DNA of 64,000 nt from Marsupella aquatica (lineage: Eukaryota; Plantae; Marchantiophyta). Where the stretch lies: NCBI GenBank assembly GCA_973895155.1, contig OZ316893.1:24355520-24419519 (forward strand), given 5' to 3'. Under the pieces are notes generated by a model. That model was not told the DNA's origin, searched no databases, and worked only from the letters and a program-made list of their open reading frames with translations. The position numbers and the translations under genes are program-made. The number at the start of each line of letters is the position of its first letter. Positions within the stretch are counted from its first letter, which is position 1. This document shows, piece by piece, positions 39,339-53,400 of the stretch.

Positions 39339-42300
39339 TGACTTCTAAGATTTTTGATAGTCAACCCCCTGAGGATGACAGTAAATGTATGGAAAATAGC
39401 AAAACAGCAACACAACAATTGAAATAGTCAGAAGCAAAGTGGGTATTGAAGCACTGCCTTGGCTGGAATTGGCTACCTAGATGAGTTGTTTCGACATTAA
39501 GCAAGTTCATGGACAGAAAATAGTCTAGACAAACAAGAACTGTGAAACAGACCAACTCGCGATGAAAACAACATGCATTGGAGGGCATGACGGAATGCAG
39601 CTCATAGCAGGACACAAGATCGTAAAACCAATGGATGTCAAAGCAAAATTACAAGAGAATGCCAAGGACGGCTAGACTAGAGAGCAAGCGGACAGGACAA
39701 TTTTGATGTGTCTTCCAGCTGAAAGAGCGGCAACATGGATCAATTCCAACTTTGTGCTTGCTGAAAAGCCCAGAGAAGATAACTATTCTCTTCCACTCAG
39801 GCAGAAAGTCTACCGTTTGAACAAACAACAATTCCTAAGCGCAAAACTTCCAAGCATCAACAATCAACAGTCCCTTTGCCAAAAGCTCCAAAATTGATGA
39901 CAATTTCTGGCACAAACACTCAGAGCATTGATTCTTCCTCAAATGTAGGCTCAATCCAGCTCAAACAGCAAAGAGTCCGGGCAATGACCAGACGGAGGCG
40001 CACAAGGTTGGCAAAGGAAAAATAGACAGCGGGTCCGAGTCACACTTGCCATGCCACCAAAGACAAATCCACTGTGTAACTCTTATAACGAGGCTTGACC
40101 CTTCGCAATCTTGAAGCACTGAAGGATTCCAACAGCTAGCTAGAGATAAGGATTTGTAGTTCTTCCCAGGATCAAGATCAATCTATTCATTAAAAGTGAA
40201 TTATTATTGAATTTATGAACATTTGGGCAATAGAAAGTGTACATTTGGCCTTCAAAAAATGTACAGTTAGGCAAGAAACAAAGTTGATGGCCATCACATG
40301 TAACACCATGTTCATCCTTTGTAAATGAACTAGGATGAAACTCCTTCTAGTCAAGATCATTTTTGTCACCTCAAGTTTACAATTGATCATTTAGGTGTGG
40401 AGTATTCTACCATAGTGCACCTTTTGGGTTTAAAAAGTGTACATTTAGAGACCAAATAGTGAACATTTAGAGGCCTAAAAGTGAACAAAATAAAATACAC
40501 TTTTAATGAATAGGGTGATCAAGCCAAAAACGTTTGGCTATAGGGCATCAATTTCTCAAACACCATTGCCAAAGCAAACCAACCCCCTCAAGCAGGAAAA
40601 CAAATTTGAACAAAGAGCTTGCAGGTCTCAACAAGAAGCTTGCACAAAAAAAAGGTAAAGTAGAGAGGATTGGTAAGGGGTAGGGATGTATGGTAGCTTT
40701 TTATTGAGCGGACCGGCGAGGACTGTGCCAAATTGGAATAATAATGCCATGGAATTCATTTCAAACCAGCATCTGCCTTCACATGATCCTGGGGCCACTC
40801 TTTGAGGTCCTTCAAATGTGACTCTGTCTACTCTTCTTTAAATTTTGCAGCAACGGGATGTAGAACTTTGTTGACTTTAGAATCAGCCGGATGGTTTGTT
40901 ACAGGCTTTGCAAGTTTTGGTTCTGCTTACAAAACTTTTTAGCAGGCGTTGATGTTTATGCTCATTGTGTGATAGCCAGGGTAGTAGCAAAGCAAAAATA
41001 TAGACAACCATTCTAAACTTGAGGGGAACCAAATTTGTCATTTCAAGACAAGCAATAGTGGGCACAACAATGCAAACATTCTGTAGAAAACCGATTGGGG
41101 TAAAGCTAGACATAGAGCAAATAGAGCAGTGTGTAGAACAAAGCAAACAGAGCAACAAAGTTCAAAGAAGTGAAGCAAACAGAGCAACAAGGCAGGAGGC
41201 ATTGGATTAGCCAGGAAGAAGCACACTTTTAGCAGCAATGGCATTATGAGGTGGATTTGGCCTATAGATTTCTACAGACGAATTTGGCTTATGGAGTTCA
41301 AAAGCAACATCAACAATGAAGTCTGGAATTGGATGAGTGAGCATGCAACAGACGTGGAACAAAAATTAGGAAGAAGAGGAGGATGAGGTTGATACTTTGT
41401 GCAAACTAGGATTGAGAACTAACCCCTCTGATAGAGAAATGCTCGCTCCCACCTTCGACCGTAAGCAGCTTGCTTCCACCTCGATTTGACCGCCTCACTG
41501 AGCTAGGCACCCCTGCTCCAAATGTTCCACTGCGACGCGCTCAGCCTCCTTTAGCACCTTGGGTGAGCTCCTTTGGCAATAACCCCTCCAATGCTAAGAG
41601 GCAGGTTCATAGTCCCCCGCACAGTCCACCAATGTATGTGGTTGAAATGCCCACAACAGGCGTAGCTACAAGCTCAATGACAACTCCACTATGATCATAG
41701 CTTACAGACCTCGTATCCACAGATTAGGTGATTGCTCAGCTCCCACCCCGCAGCTCACTGAAAAACACTCAACTCCTGTCCCGCAGCTCAATGTATCGGA
41801 GAGCTCCTCCCCAATAGCAGCTCCTCCCCCGACCGTGTGCAGCACATTGAAAAACAATTGTAGCCACAATGGCAATGGATCAAATCTCCTCCTCGACAAC
41901 CATACACAATGTCACTAAAACATGTTGCGCCTGACACTGCGCATCTCGACACCGTTGCCCCAAGAGCACTTCAACTATGTGCAACCCTAAAGGTAAGAGC
42001 ACATTGAATGTTGCAGATCACAAAACAAAGACTCGATAAGAAAGCACCAGATGTTGAATGAAGAGGGGACGAGAAAGCACCACATTGAACTTTCGCCATC
42101 AATGTTCTTCAGGAAAAAGGGCTCCCGTGGGTACACCACATTGAACATTCGCCATCAATGTTCTTAAGGAAAATTTAGGGCTCCCATGGGTACAGGAGAA
42201 CACTTGTGTGGGAAACGATGGTTCCCCCTAAACCCAGTAATGTATACCGTTGGATGCAGGATGATTGGTGGAGCAGATTAACTTGGGTTATGAACTAAAC

Positions 42301-45300
42301 CCTAAAATGTCTGGACCCCCCCTTAAGGTCCCAAGCAAGGCAATGTGACCAGACTTGCAAATGTGGGTTACCCTCACTCAAGAAGCAAGATTGTGGGTGG
42401 GGAGGGCTATATATACATGGCTATTTGAAAAGCACTTACCAAACCCCTCTTTTAGCCCCACAACATCCTGAATGACCACTTCATATAAGGAGGCCATGCA
42501 TGCCGGCAAAAATCAAACCTATCATGAGGAACAAGTTATGAGGCTGGGATTGGAACAAGTTATGAGGCTGGGATTGGAACAAGTGACCCAATGGTGGTGT
42601 AGGCCAAACTCAGTCCCACTAAGAATAATACCTTCCTTGAGTACATATGAACCTAAGCATCAGCAATGCAACCAATGATGTTAAATTCTTGTGAAAATGT
42701 CATCGAAGGCTTCCATGAGTATTTACTGATCCCCATGAGAGGTCCCTTGCAAATTCCCTGTCACGTGGTTGTGCCGCATCAGCACAACCAGCCACAAACA
42801 AGAACAGATTTGTTTCCAAATTAAAATAACTCCTTCTTTCGTGTTTGTGGCAAGGAGGGATATGCTCAATAGACCACCTCCGGGAGATATTTTACTTGAT
42901 CGGCCCCCTCTAAACATTTTTGCCCCAATCAGCCCCCTCATTATGACCCGTACCATTTTCCCCCGTGTAAGGCAAAACTGTAGTTTGGGTTGCCATGCCA
43001 CCATGCACAATAGTCTCCCATAGTCAACCATGCAACTCTGCATGCAGTAGGGCTGCAATTACACAGTTTTGTGTTCTCGTGCTATGGACCCTTATGAGTT
43101 TGAATACATTGTGGTTTGTGTATTCAAATTTTTTTCTGTTTTAGGGCGCACATATATTGTTGGGGTGCGGTTTAGGGTCAAGCACGAGAGTCACTTGTCA
43201 AGGGTGGGATCGAGGTTTTTTGCTGTTTTATGGAGGTGATCAAGGCATCGTTCATAGACGTCAGGCATCATTTACTACTGGCAACGGGCCATTTTGGGGA
43301 CATACATGGAGTGGTCATGCACATATTTTGTTCATCACTACCGAAGGAGCGGTTGAGGTCTCAGTTGCGGCCCACTGCTAGGATCGAGTAGTGTTCATTC
43401 ACCCCATACTCCAAGAGTTTTTGAAGATTGTAGCGCCTGCCAATTTGTTTAGGTTCTTCTCAACTTTGGACCTCAACGGGAGCAAGTTGTGCCTACGAGC
43501 AAGCAACAAGATTTGACAAGCTTGTCTAACTTCTAAGTATTCCCCCTCAATTCTGGCAACTTTCATTTTGCTTGAGCTTTTGTTTCTGTTTTCATTTTCA
43601 CTTTCAACATCCGTGGGCTGTTTTGGTTTGGTGAGAGTGTCTCCCTCTGTTGTTCTTCAATTTCATAGGAGGATTGTCCGCCATTGTAGCCCAAGAAACT
43701 GTTGAATCCTCTATTTTCTGCATCGTGTTGATGCTCAGAGTACCATAACAAGAATGTCTCCTGCATTCTCTTGTCGATCTGGTCGTAAGTTCTTCTGCAT
43801 TGTTCAGATGTAGCATTGCAATGAGGCTTGACCTTGAGGCGACCACTTACTATCGACGTCAGATACTCATTACTAGTGAGGGCACAAGACTTATTGTAGG
43901 TGTTAGTTAGATTTGCTTAAGGCGCAATTGGGGGCTGTACCCTAAGTACTTATTATGGCTGTCCCAATTGCTTTTAAGGTAATAATTTTCCCTTTACTAT
44001 GAGCTAAAAAATATGGGGGTTGCACACTATCATGGGTCTCCTTGCCTTCCAATGAAGCTACATTGCGTAAGCCTTATGAGAAGCTCACACGTGTAGCTAA
44101 GTATTGTTGTAACTGTTTTCTTGAGTGCTCCACCTTCAATACTACATTAAATAGTTGCTACATTATTTTTTATCCGCAAATTAAATTGCTTATGTGTCCC
44201 ATCATCTCTTCCTATTTTGTTTGTTTTCTCAAAGTGCCTTTATTATGCTGTAAGGAACTATGACAACAAGTTTGAGGAAGCGTAACTGGAGCTTATGAGC
44301 AAACAGGAAAAAACTTCTATGACTCGGGATAAAAGAATTTCATGTTAATATGAGTAAAAACGAACCACTGATTTTGCTAGCAAAGTTAGTGCCTAGCTAG
44401 CCAAAACTTGAGAGTCCACTATCCTAGCAAATCTGAGAGAACCCAATCATCACAATTTACTGTTGTGTAGTGCATTGCAACGTTGCGATTACAATTTCAA
44501 CGCAATATTAGCGAGAACCCGCGTAAATTAACAAATTTTGAAGCTGCTATATGGTGAATCCACCTTTCAGAGTTTGTCTTATTCAGAAGTTTTTGTGTCA
44601 TGTATTTTTATTTCAATGTGCCTTATCAAGGGGCATCCTTTGTATCATATAGATTTAAATTAATTTTTGGACCCCTTTAATTTTTGGTATCTTAGAGAAT
44701 TTCGAACTCATTTTGGCAGCTCCCTTAGTCAGCAAGTGTTAGAGTGAACCTGGTTAGTAAAACTTAATTTTGGTACTACTCGTTTGGCTAGATAACTTGC
44801 TAGCCATCTGGATCACAGTCTTAGAAATGCACTAGAAGTACAAAAGTCAGCAAAAATCAAAAGACATTAAAAACCACTAGACTTGACTCACTAACAACAC
44901 TCACTATCAGAAACTCCTGTTTCCTTGCATGCATCATACAAACCTCTTTGAAGAAACTTAATAGAGTACATTAATAGAGTCAAGTTGCCATGACCTCATT
45001 TGAAAAGTGCTTAGAGATGAAAATTGTCAAGGATATACTTGAAATCAATAACTTAGGCAACACAACCTATTGGAACCAGTATGTGCAAAGCTTATGGGTG
45101 GACGAGTTACCCATACAAGGTCCTCATTCTTGGAGCTAGAAATGAGTACTCGCAGAACACTTTGTGGGAGAAAAACTTACAATGAACCTAGGACCTTGAA
45201 AGAGGTTTTGGATGCTGCAAAGTCTATGTAAGTGAGAGACCTCCTAAGACTGCTGGCTAGGGAGACGATGGGGGGCACAGTGGCCATAGTTGGGTTGGTA

Positions 45301-46110
45301 CATCATAGATACTTAGGACACTTGCACTCTCAATATAGAGACTGCATTTACTGAAGCAACTACTATACAGGTGTTTGACGCAATCACGCAATCACTACGG
45401 AGTTTTCACGCAATCATGCAATCACTGCAACTGTATAGTAGTTTTCTTCGGGAATCTTGCTGCATTTGGGATTCACGCAATCATTTTGTTGATTGTAGAA
45501 CGTTGTTTGTCTGCCCTCCCACCTTGCTGTTGCCCTCTACCGAGTGACACCTCATGACAATGTCCCACTCACTGTGCAGATTGCTCCACCCTAGAGTGGT
45601 CTGCTGCCTTATTTACTCATCCAAAATGTGTAACAACTAGCCATTTTTCCTCCAGAAAGTAGGGAGAAACAAATGGCTAGGAAGATCATTGGGCGTGCCT
45701 TTACAAAATAGGAAGGAGCTACTCTTTCTTGGCTGGAGTAAGGCGGGGCCAATCATGCCTTGCCATCGGGCTTGTCATTTGGCATCCAACCATTGAGTGT
45801 TGACCTTGGGTTTACAACTGTGGTTCAAGTAACTCCATATAAAAATGGGGGACTTTCAACATAACTATTAAATTAGCTTTTGGGACAGGTTAGTAATTTG
45901 TATCAGGTAGCTAGGGTAACTAGGTAACTAGGTAACTAGGTAAGGGTTTTGGAAAAATGATGGCAAAAAGTAATTGATGAGAGTATTTCAGATTGCAGTG
46001 GATGGCAATATTGATTTCATAGAGTGATTTTAAGGCATAAAACACGTACAACAACCCAAACAATCAGACCATGGGGGCGAGTGCCTTGCCCTCATCCCAT
46101 TCCAACCCCT

Positions 46111-46454
46111 TGTTGAGCATAGACGACATTCGCAACGACAAGCCCATGAACCATCCAATGCACAATAGCCGACATAGAGAGATACGTGGTTCACCTTCAC
46201 ATGAGGCTACGTTCACGAGAACACACAAGAGCTTTACTGCACTCTAGGCCGACAGGCCATACCAAGCATCCATAGCACAAGCTCTCCTTATCTCTCAACT
46301 AGCTCCGTAACAATGAGCCTAAGTTCCACCAGGGTCTGGCATCAGCCCTAGCTATATGCACAACAGTAATACCGCTAACTTTAGCTAAGTCATAACCCAA
46401 GTTAGACTAACTGTGGTTAGCTCATGAGTCACAAGACTAGAGCAATATCTAACA
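46111..46454 (-). repeat. 3' LTR (344 bp) of the copia element
   Basis: Reads TGTTAG...CAACA on the minus strand, directly after the PPT, and matches the solo LTR at 16265-16621. Confidence 0.92.
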
Positions 46455-49400
46455 AACTCCCCCTTGATTCTTGTCTTGGGGACTGGACTAAATGCAACCA
46501 TATGGAATCCTCAGCGGGAAGTTCTAGACAATCACCTAAATAGGTCTCCCCCTAAAAACCACAAGGGTTAACTAAGGGTTAACTAGAACTAAGCCGTAGC
46601 CAAACTGGAATGAGTAATCCATATGCAAATAGTCACACATCTACTTGCACTACAACTGCAAAACCTGCAAAGTAGCACGGTGTCTTGATAACTCTACAAA
46701 GGAATCACTTTGGTAAAAGCATCAGTGGGATTGAGCTTTCCATCAATCTTGATTAGCTCAAAAGTTTTATCAAACACTGCTTGCCTGATAAAATGGTACC
46801 TGATATCAATGTGCTTCACCCTGCTATCCATCACCTGGTTAGCAGCCAAGTGAACAACACTCTGACTATCACAGTTTAGAGTCATTTTGCCATGCTCTAA
46901 ACCCATCTCTGCTATCAACTTGTCCAACCAAATTGCTTCCTTTGCTGCTTTTGCTGCTGCAACATACTCTGCTTTGCTAGAGAACTGAGATATACATTTA
47001 TGCAAGGTAGATTTCCAACTGATACATCCTTCTCCAAGAGTGTATACAAACCCAGTTGTAGACCTCATTGTATCCAGACAGCCTCCATAGTCAGAATCTA
47101 CATAGCCAACTAACGTTCTATTTGATCTATTATCAAATAGCAATCCATAGTCCTGTGTTCCCTTCACATACCTGAGAATCCATTTCACAGCTTCCCAATG
47201 TACCTTCCCTGGATTTGACATGAATCTGCTAACCTTGCCCATCGCTAGGGCCAAGTCAGGCCTAGTACAAGTCATCAAATACATCAGATTGCATACTGCC
47301 TTCTCATAAGGAATCTTAGCCATCAGACCTTTCTCCACAGCATCCGTAGGAGAGAAAGCCGATGATAACTTGAAATGTGAAGCTAAAGGAATACTCACTG
47401 GCTTACAATTTTCCATGTTGAATCGTGCAAGTACTTTCCTCGCATATTGGCCTTGACTCAAGCACAACTGTCTAGTCTCAGAGTTCCTAAAAATCTCCAT
47501 CCCTAAGATTTTCTTGGCCTTACCAAGATCCTTCATCCTGAATTCAACACTCAATTTCGCCTTGAGACTGTCAACCTCAGATTGATCTTTAGCCACAATC
47601 AACATGTCATCCACATAGATAACCAGAATGATGAAACCAAATACATCATTCTTGACTGATTTCGTATACACACAAGGATCATACACCATCCTTGTAAAAC
47701 CTTGAGCAAGCATGAAATCATCAAACCGCTTGTTCCACTGTCTGGGATGCTTCAATCCATACAAGGACTTGAGAAATCTGCAAACTAAGTTCTCTTGGCC
47801 CTTCTTCATAAAGCCTAGTGGCTATCTCATGAAGATCATCTCTTCCAAGTTGCCATAGAGAAAAGCAGTAACAACATCCATCTGATCCATCACCAGACCA
47901 AAAAACACAACAAGCTGACACAAGATCCGAATTGTGGAATACTTAGCAACCGGTGAAAAGACCTCATTCGAATCCACTCCTTTCTCCTGAGTGAATCCCT
48001 TGGCAACAAGCCTTGCCTTGTAGATCTTGTCTCCACCCTCTGAAGGACTATCCTTCACCTTGTAAATCCACTTGCTATCCACCACTTGCTGACCTCTTGG
48101 AAGCTCCACCAGCTCCCATGTCTTGTTGTCACTCAAAGATTGCAACTCCCTCTGCATTGCTGCATTCCACTCATGCTTTTGCTCTGAAGCACAAACCTCA
48201 CTATACGAAGAAGGCTCTCCTTCTTCCAAGATCAAAGCCATATCATCTTCATCAGGTGCAATGTCAATATCATCTAGCTTAGATGAGTCTGCCCATTGAC
48301 CATACCTGGTAGGAGCTCTAGTAGAACGACTGGAAGTTCTTCTAGTAGATGACTCAGGCTGATCTGTTGCTGCTGCTGGTTGAATTTGAGGTACCCCAGC
48401 AACAATCTGCTCCTCTTGTTCCATCACAAGAACCAGCTCCAAGCCCGGAGCTTCTTCATCTCTCCTGTCATGAATAGCATCATGACTAATCTCCCTCTCA
48501 ACCCGGTCCGGGATGGGAGATTTCCCCTTGTTAGTATGGGAGTCCTGAGAACTCTCCCCCTCCTTTGATGATCTGGATTCATTAAATGACACATCTCTAC
48601 TGACAATTAGTTTACAGGTTATTGGATCCCATAACCTATAACTCTTCACACATTTCTGATAGCCAAGGAAAATACACTTCTTCTACTCGGACTCCAGCTT
48701 GGATCGAAGCTGGGAAGGTGTAAGCACATAAGCATCACATCCAAAAATCCTCAGATGTGAGTAATTTGCTAGACGCCCGTACCTCATTTCAAATGACGTC
48801 TTGAATCCAATAGAACTGGATGGAGAAAAATTTACCAAATAAGCTGCAGTGTTGACAGCTTCAGCCCAAAACTCATGTGGTAAGCATGATTGACTCAACA
48901 TACTCCTCGAGCGGTCCAATAGTGTTCGGTTGAGTCTCTCAGAAACACCATTCTGCTGAGAAGTATAACTTGTTGTGAGATGGCGGGTAATCCCCTGCTC
49001 CTTACAATACGTTCCAAATTCCTCGGAACTGTATTCACCGCCGTTATCCGATCGAAGATATCTCACCTTATTACTAGTCTGATTCTTTACTTGGGCTTTC
49101 CACTCCTTAAAAGTGGCAAAAACATCAGACTTATTCTGTAGAATCTATATCTACACATACCTTTAGTAATCGTCCATGAACGTGACATAGTATAATCGTC
49201 CAGATTGTGAGGGAGTATGGGCTGGACGCCACACATCACTATGTACATACTCAAGTACCTCCTTGCTGGTGTGAGTTCCAACTCTGAAGGGTTTCTTGTG
49301 CTGCTTCCCAAGCACACAATACAGTTCACAGAATTCTAACTTACAAGATTGCAAATTAGAAAGTAATAATTTCTTCTGAAGAATAGCCAAACCTTTTTCA

Positions 49401-50240
49401 CTCATGTACCTTTGAAACGAAAGTGTCACAGCCGAGCCGTCTCCTCATGAGATAAGGTTACATTGGCTTCATCACAGACTACAATGCCCTCCAAAACGTA
49501 TAGATTGTTATGTCTCTTTCCCTTCAATACAACTTTAGTACCAGTTGAAACCTGAAGGACATCATTAGCAGAACTTCACTAATGGTCATTTGCTTCTAAA
49601 ACTCCAAGTGAAATAAAAAATTTCATCATGCTGGGAGTATGTCTCACATTCCTCAACGTTCTCACAACACCATCAAACATCTGAAATCTTACAAATCCAA
49701 GTCCAACAACTTGACATGGGATTCCATTTCCCATCAACACTGACCCGTTGGAAACTGTGTAAGAACTGAAAAAATCTCTCCTAGAGCAAATGTGAAAAGT
49801 ACATGCACTATCTAGAATTCAGTCATTACTATCTGGATTTAACACTACGTTGAGAGCATAACCTTGATATCACAATATGTCATCATCATCGAGTAAATCT
49901 ACCTCATGCGAGCTCGATGCCGTGTTAGTAGATGCAATAGGGACCTTTACTTGACAATCACTTTTCATGTGGCCAGGCGTCTGTTGTCACAATTCCAACA
50001 TGCAATAGGCTTCCTCTCTTGCGATTTTCCTCTGAATTTAGATCTCCCCCGTGATGTGGATCTAAACCAGTTTTGTCCATTCGTGCGCTGTGCTGCTCTT
50101 CCCTTGTTTACATTGAGTATAGTGTAAGAAGAAGATGTTATCTGTGATTGACCCAGCTTATTCTAAGCATCATCTGACAGTAAAGAGCTCACCACTTCAT
50201 TATACAAAATAGACTTCAAATCTTTATACAAGAGCCCCTT
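46111..50240 (-). mobile_element. Degenerate Ty1/copia LTR retrotransposon, 5'-truncated
   Basis: Minus-strand order: gag zinc-knuckle remnant (~50005-49955), protease 'ILDSACTFHICS' (~49820), GAG-pre-integrase and integrase ('LRSDNGGEY', 'QQNGVSERLNRTL'), RT ('YKARLVAKGFTQ', 'QMDVVTAFL', 'IYVDDML'), RNase H ('GYVDSDY', 'KHIDIRYHFIR'). Many stops and frameshifts. PPT aagggggag precedes the 3' LTR. No 5' LTR seen. Confidence 0.93.
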
Positions 50241-50443
50241 CTCATCCTGGTCACTTTTAATTTGTGATAGGAAGACAACACTTTTAATTTGTGATAGGAA
50301 GACACCCACCCCCAAGTTGGAGGATGGCACTGGGCATGCAAGCTATAATCAAGGTTAGTTTCAACCATGAGGCATAAATTTGTCCATCATTTGATGATTT
50401 CGAGCTAACCTGGGTACCTTACTAAACCATGGTTTAAAACAAA

Positions 50444-53400
50444 AGCTCCTCTCCAAAGATCTTCTCTAAAGCTTCGTTCCTCGAGATTTCCCTTGATTTG
50501 AAGAGACGAACATCAAACAAATTTGTATGTGAGATCTAAAGCCCCTCGTCAATAGGATGGACTTGGGAGAGAGAGTTATCATCTGATCTGAATCGGAGAA
50601 ATATTGGTTGTGTTCCGACATGTAACAAATGAGATCACGGGCTAGTCCAATAGCAGAATGTTGAATACGATCTCCAGCAGTTAAGAGACAGTTGACAGCA
50701 GGCAAATTCGTGAAGTTACCAAATTAATCTCAATCAGCTACAACGTTCCGCATCTGTTGTGCAACGGGCAGAGAAATGTCTCACAGCATGTAAAGGAGAA
50801 AACTCCGGGATCGTTTGTCTCAGAGTTTCCGAGTATCGAGCCTAGCTCTCTAGCTGGAATTGCCGGATTGCATCCCTCAGCCGGTAAATCCGCCTCTCGG
50901 CTCTTCTTTTTCGTCCAGGATTGATTGTGGATGGACTTCGTGTTCAGCTTGCACCAGGCTTGCATTTGCGATCAGATTAGGCTAGGACCGAGTGCTCGAA
51001 GATTAAGAACGAGTACCATCTGTTATTAGGAATGAGTGACTCGAAGATTGTTGATGCTGTTACAATCCACCCAAAAAGTGACCGTCAGTAAAGTGCTTAA
51101 TTCAGCCTCTCAAAACCCAAGTTGCTTGGTTATGCCTATTCAGAATGTATAACAAGCTCCGAAGTTTGTGAACTATTTTTACCTTTTAGCTCAAAGATCA
51201 GGGGGACGTTGCATTACTGTTCTTTTGGGCATCCACTAACAGGTCAGCACTGTAGACATTGTAACCATGTTTACCACGTGCAACCACATTTATTCTGATT
51301 TCCCTGATGACATGCCACATTCCAGTACTAGTTTTCAATCGAGATGGCAATGATACAACCAGCCGTGTGAGACCAGGCTCCGGTGTTTATTTGGTCGTCC
51401 CTCATTTTGCATGAATTGCTTGAAACGGTGTTCTACACTTTGTTCGACTAATGTAGTCAATAAATAACCTGACATAGGTAGACGTGTTGACGGATTGCAC
51501 ACATCATGAGGCAGACAATGGGAGATTCGGTGTATGGTAGGTGCTCACATAAATGTATGGGAATCCATCGCACTGCAGACTTCCGTACTCGGTTCAGGAT
51601 AAATTATTTCCAAAACTCCAGGACTGTTGGGGAATTACTTAGGCCTTGGACTTGGAAGGGCGCAATTAACTGCTTTCGAGCCGGAAGAGGGGGTAGCTTT
51701 GCCAAAGGTTCACGTGCCTAATAAGGTCAATAACGTATTCTCTGACTTTTATTGTGTCTCGGTTCGATACCTCCGTTGATAACTTTGTTCAGATTTACTT
51801 TCAGTTCCTCCATGTACGCCTGTCTTCCATGATCGTGGTTTCCATTTTATCTAAAGAACTTTAGAGCAGCCATGATTGTACTCCCTCGGACGAAAGTTCT
51901 AGTACTGCATGGTCAAGTATCCATATAGACAATGTTATCGTGCCTAAATTTTTTTAAATTGATTCTGTATGATGATACATGACCAGCCAAATCGCTTGGT
52001 TCAACATTTTGCTTCAATCTGCCTTGTTCGCAAGAACTTGGGAAGAACGAGTCAACCGCGGTAGCTAGAGGTAAACATTAGGAGAATTCACATTCCGAGT
52101 ACGGAATTTGAAGTTTCTTTGGGTCCAGAAACTTTGATTTCTCAATTCTCAAATATATGTGTTAATTCGTGTTTACGGTTCTAATTTAATTTCCCTTTTC
52201 TAGCTGTGAATTTTGTATGTTCAGTCTCGTTTCAATGATGTCCATGAACTACGGCGAATTGACGAAGCCTGTCGTTCTCGGCAATATACTCACAATATCA
52301 ACGGTCTTCTCGTGAATATTATGCCAATTGAAATTCGTATGATCCCAGAGATTGTCAACTGGAACGTACTCCAGAGGCGAAAAAGAAATGACTTACCCTC
52401 TCAAGCCAACCCAATGGTAATCACACGAAGGCAAATGGAGAAAGAGGCACAGAATTTGCCTGCAGGAGGCTTCAATTGTCAGGTGACTTTGGAAGAGAAT
52501 CCATCTACCTAGATTAACCTGTCTACCAATCTAATCATGAGGGGTCTATGCATCCGTCGATGTTTCCCGGCTAGGCCTCTTATATGACCGTGGCGGTCCC
52601 CAGCCAAGTTCAGTTTCTGTCATGGATTCCTCAACTAATCCTTCAGCTTACGTTTGAAATACCGAGTTGTGTTTGAAACACAACTCCTGGCATCATCGCA
52701 GCAAATGAATCGGAGACACTTCGGGCCGAACTCTGGAGACTACATCCATCTCAAAGGTTTGAGAGTGCAGTGATTATTATACCTGAGCGAGCATAAATGA
52801 CAGTTTCTTCCTGTACTGATTGTACCCTGCCCTCAGGAGCAAAGGTTAGATGGAGAGTTCGCAAGATTGATCTCTCTTAGTTGAAAGCCTTGCGTTGTCC
52901 CGCGAACTGACAAGCTGCACCATACAAGAGTAAATATAAATCCCTTCTTGAAAAACCCTGCATCGATTTTCGTACGTAATATAGCCTGAGACGATGCATC
53001 AAGCTCGTAATACATCAAGCTGTCCACAAAATCATCGTACATGTCGACTGGAAAGTGGAAATGTAGACCCTCTAATGAGAATACCCACCTCTCTCATAAG
53101 CAACAATCATGGCCGGTGAGCCAGTTTCACGTCAACGACAGATGGTCTTAAGAGTTTTCATCGCATTGACTGTCTGGTGCCACCCTGTGCGGTTATGGCC
53201 TACAAGTTGACCATCTCTATCTGGAAAATTGTTTTGGAAGCGAGTTTGAAAGATGCAATTTCTAGAAGAGATATCATGAATTCTCGAACTGAACTTGAAG
53301 AGGCATACGACCACGTTGAAAGAGGGATGGTCGATGATCACCTAAAATTAAGCTATCTCAATAAGCTCCTCGGGCCTGAGTGTCGCACTGGAGATACATT

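Noticed and set aside
45376-45482. Repeated cgcaatca motifs
   Set aside because: Could be TE subterminal repeats, but no termini or transposase were found to support a call.
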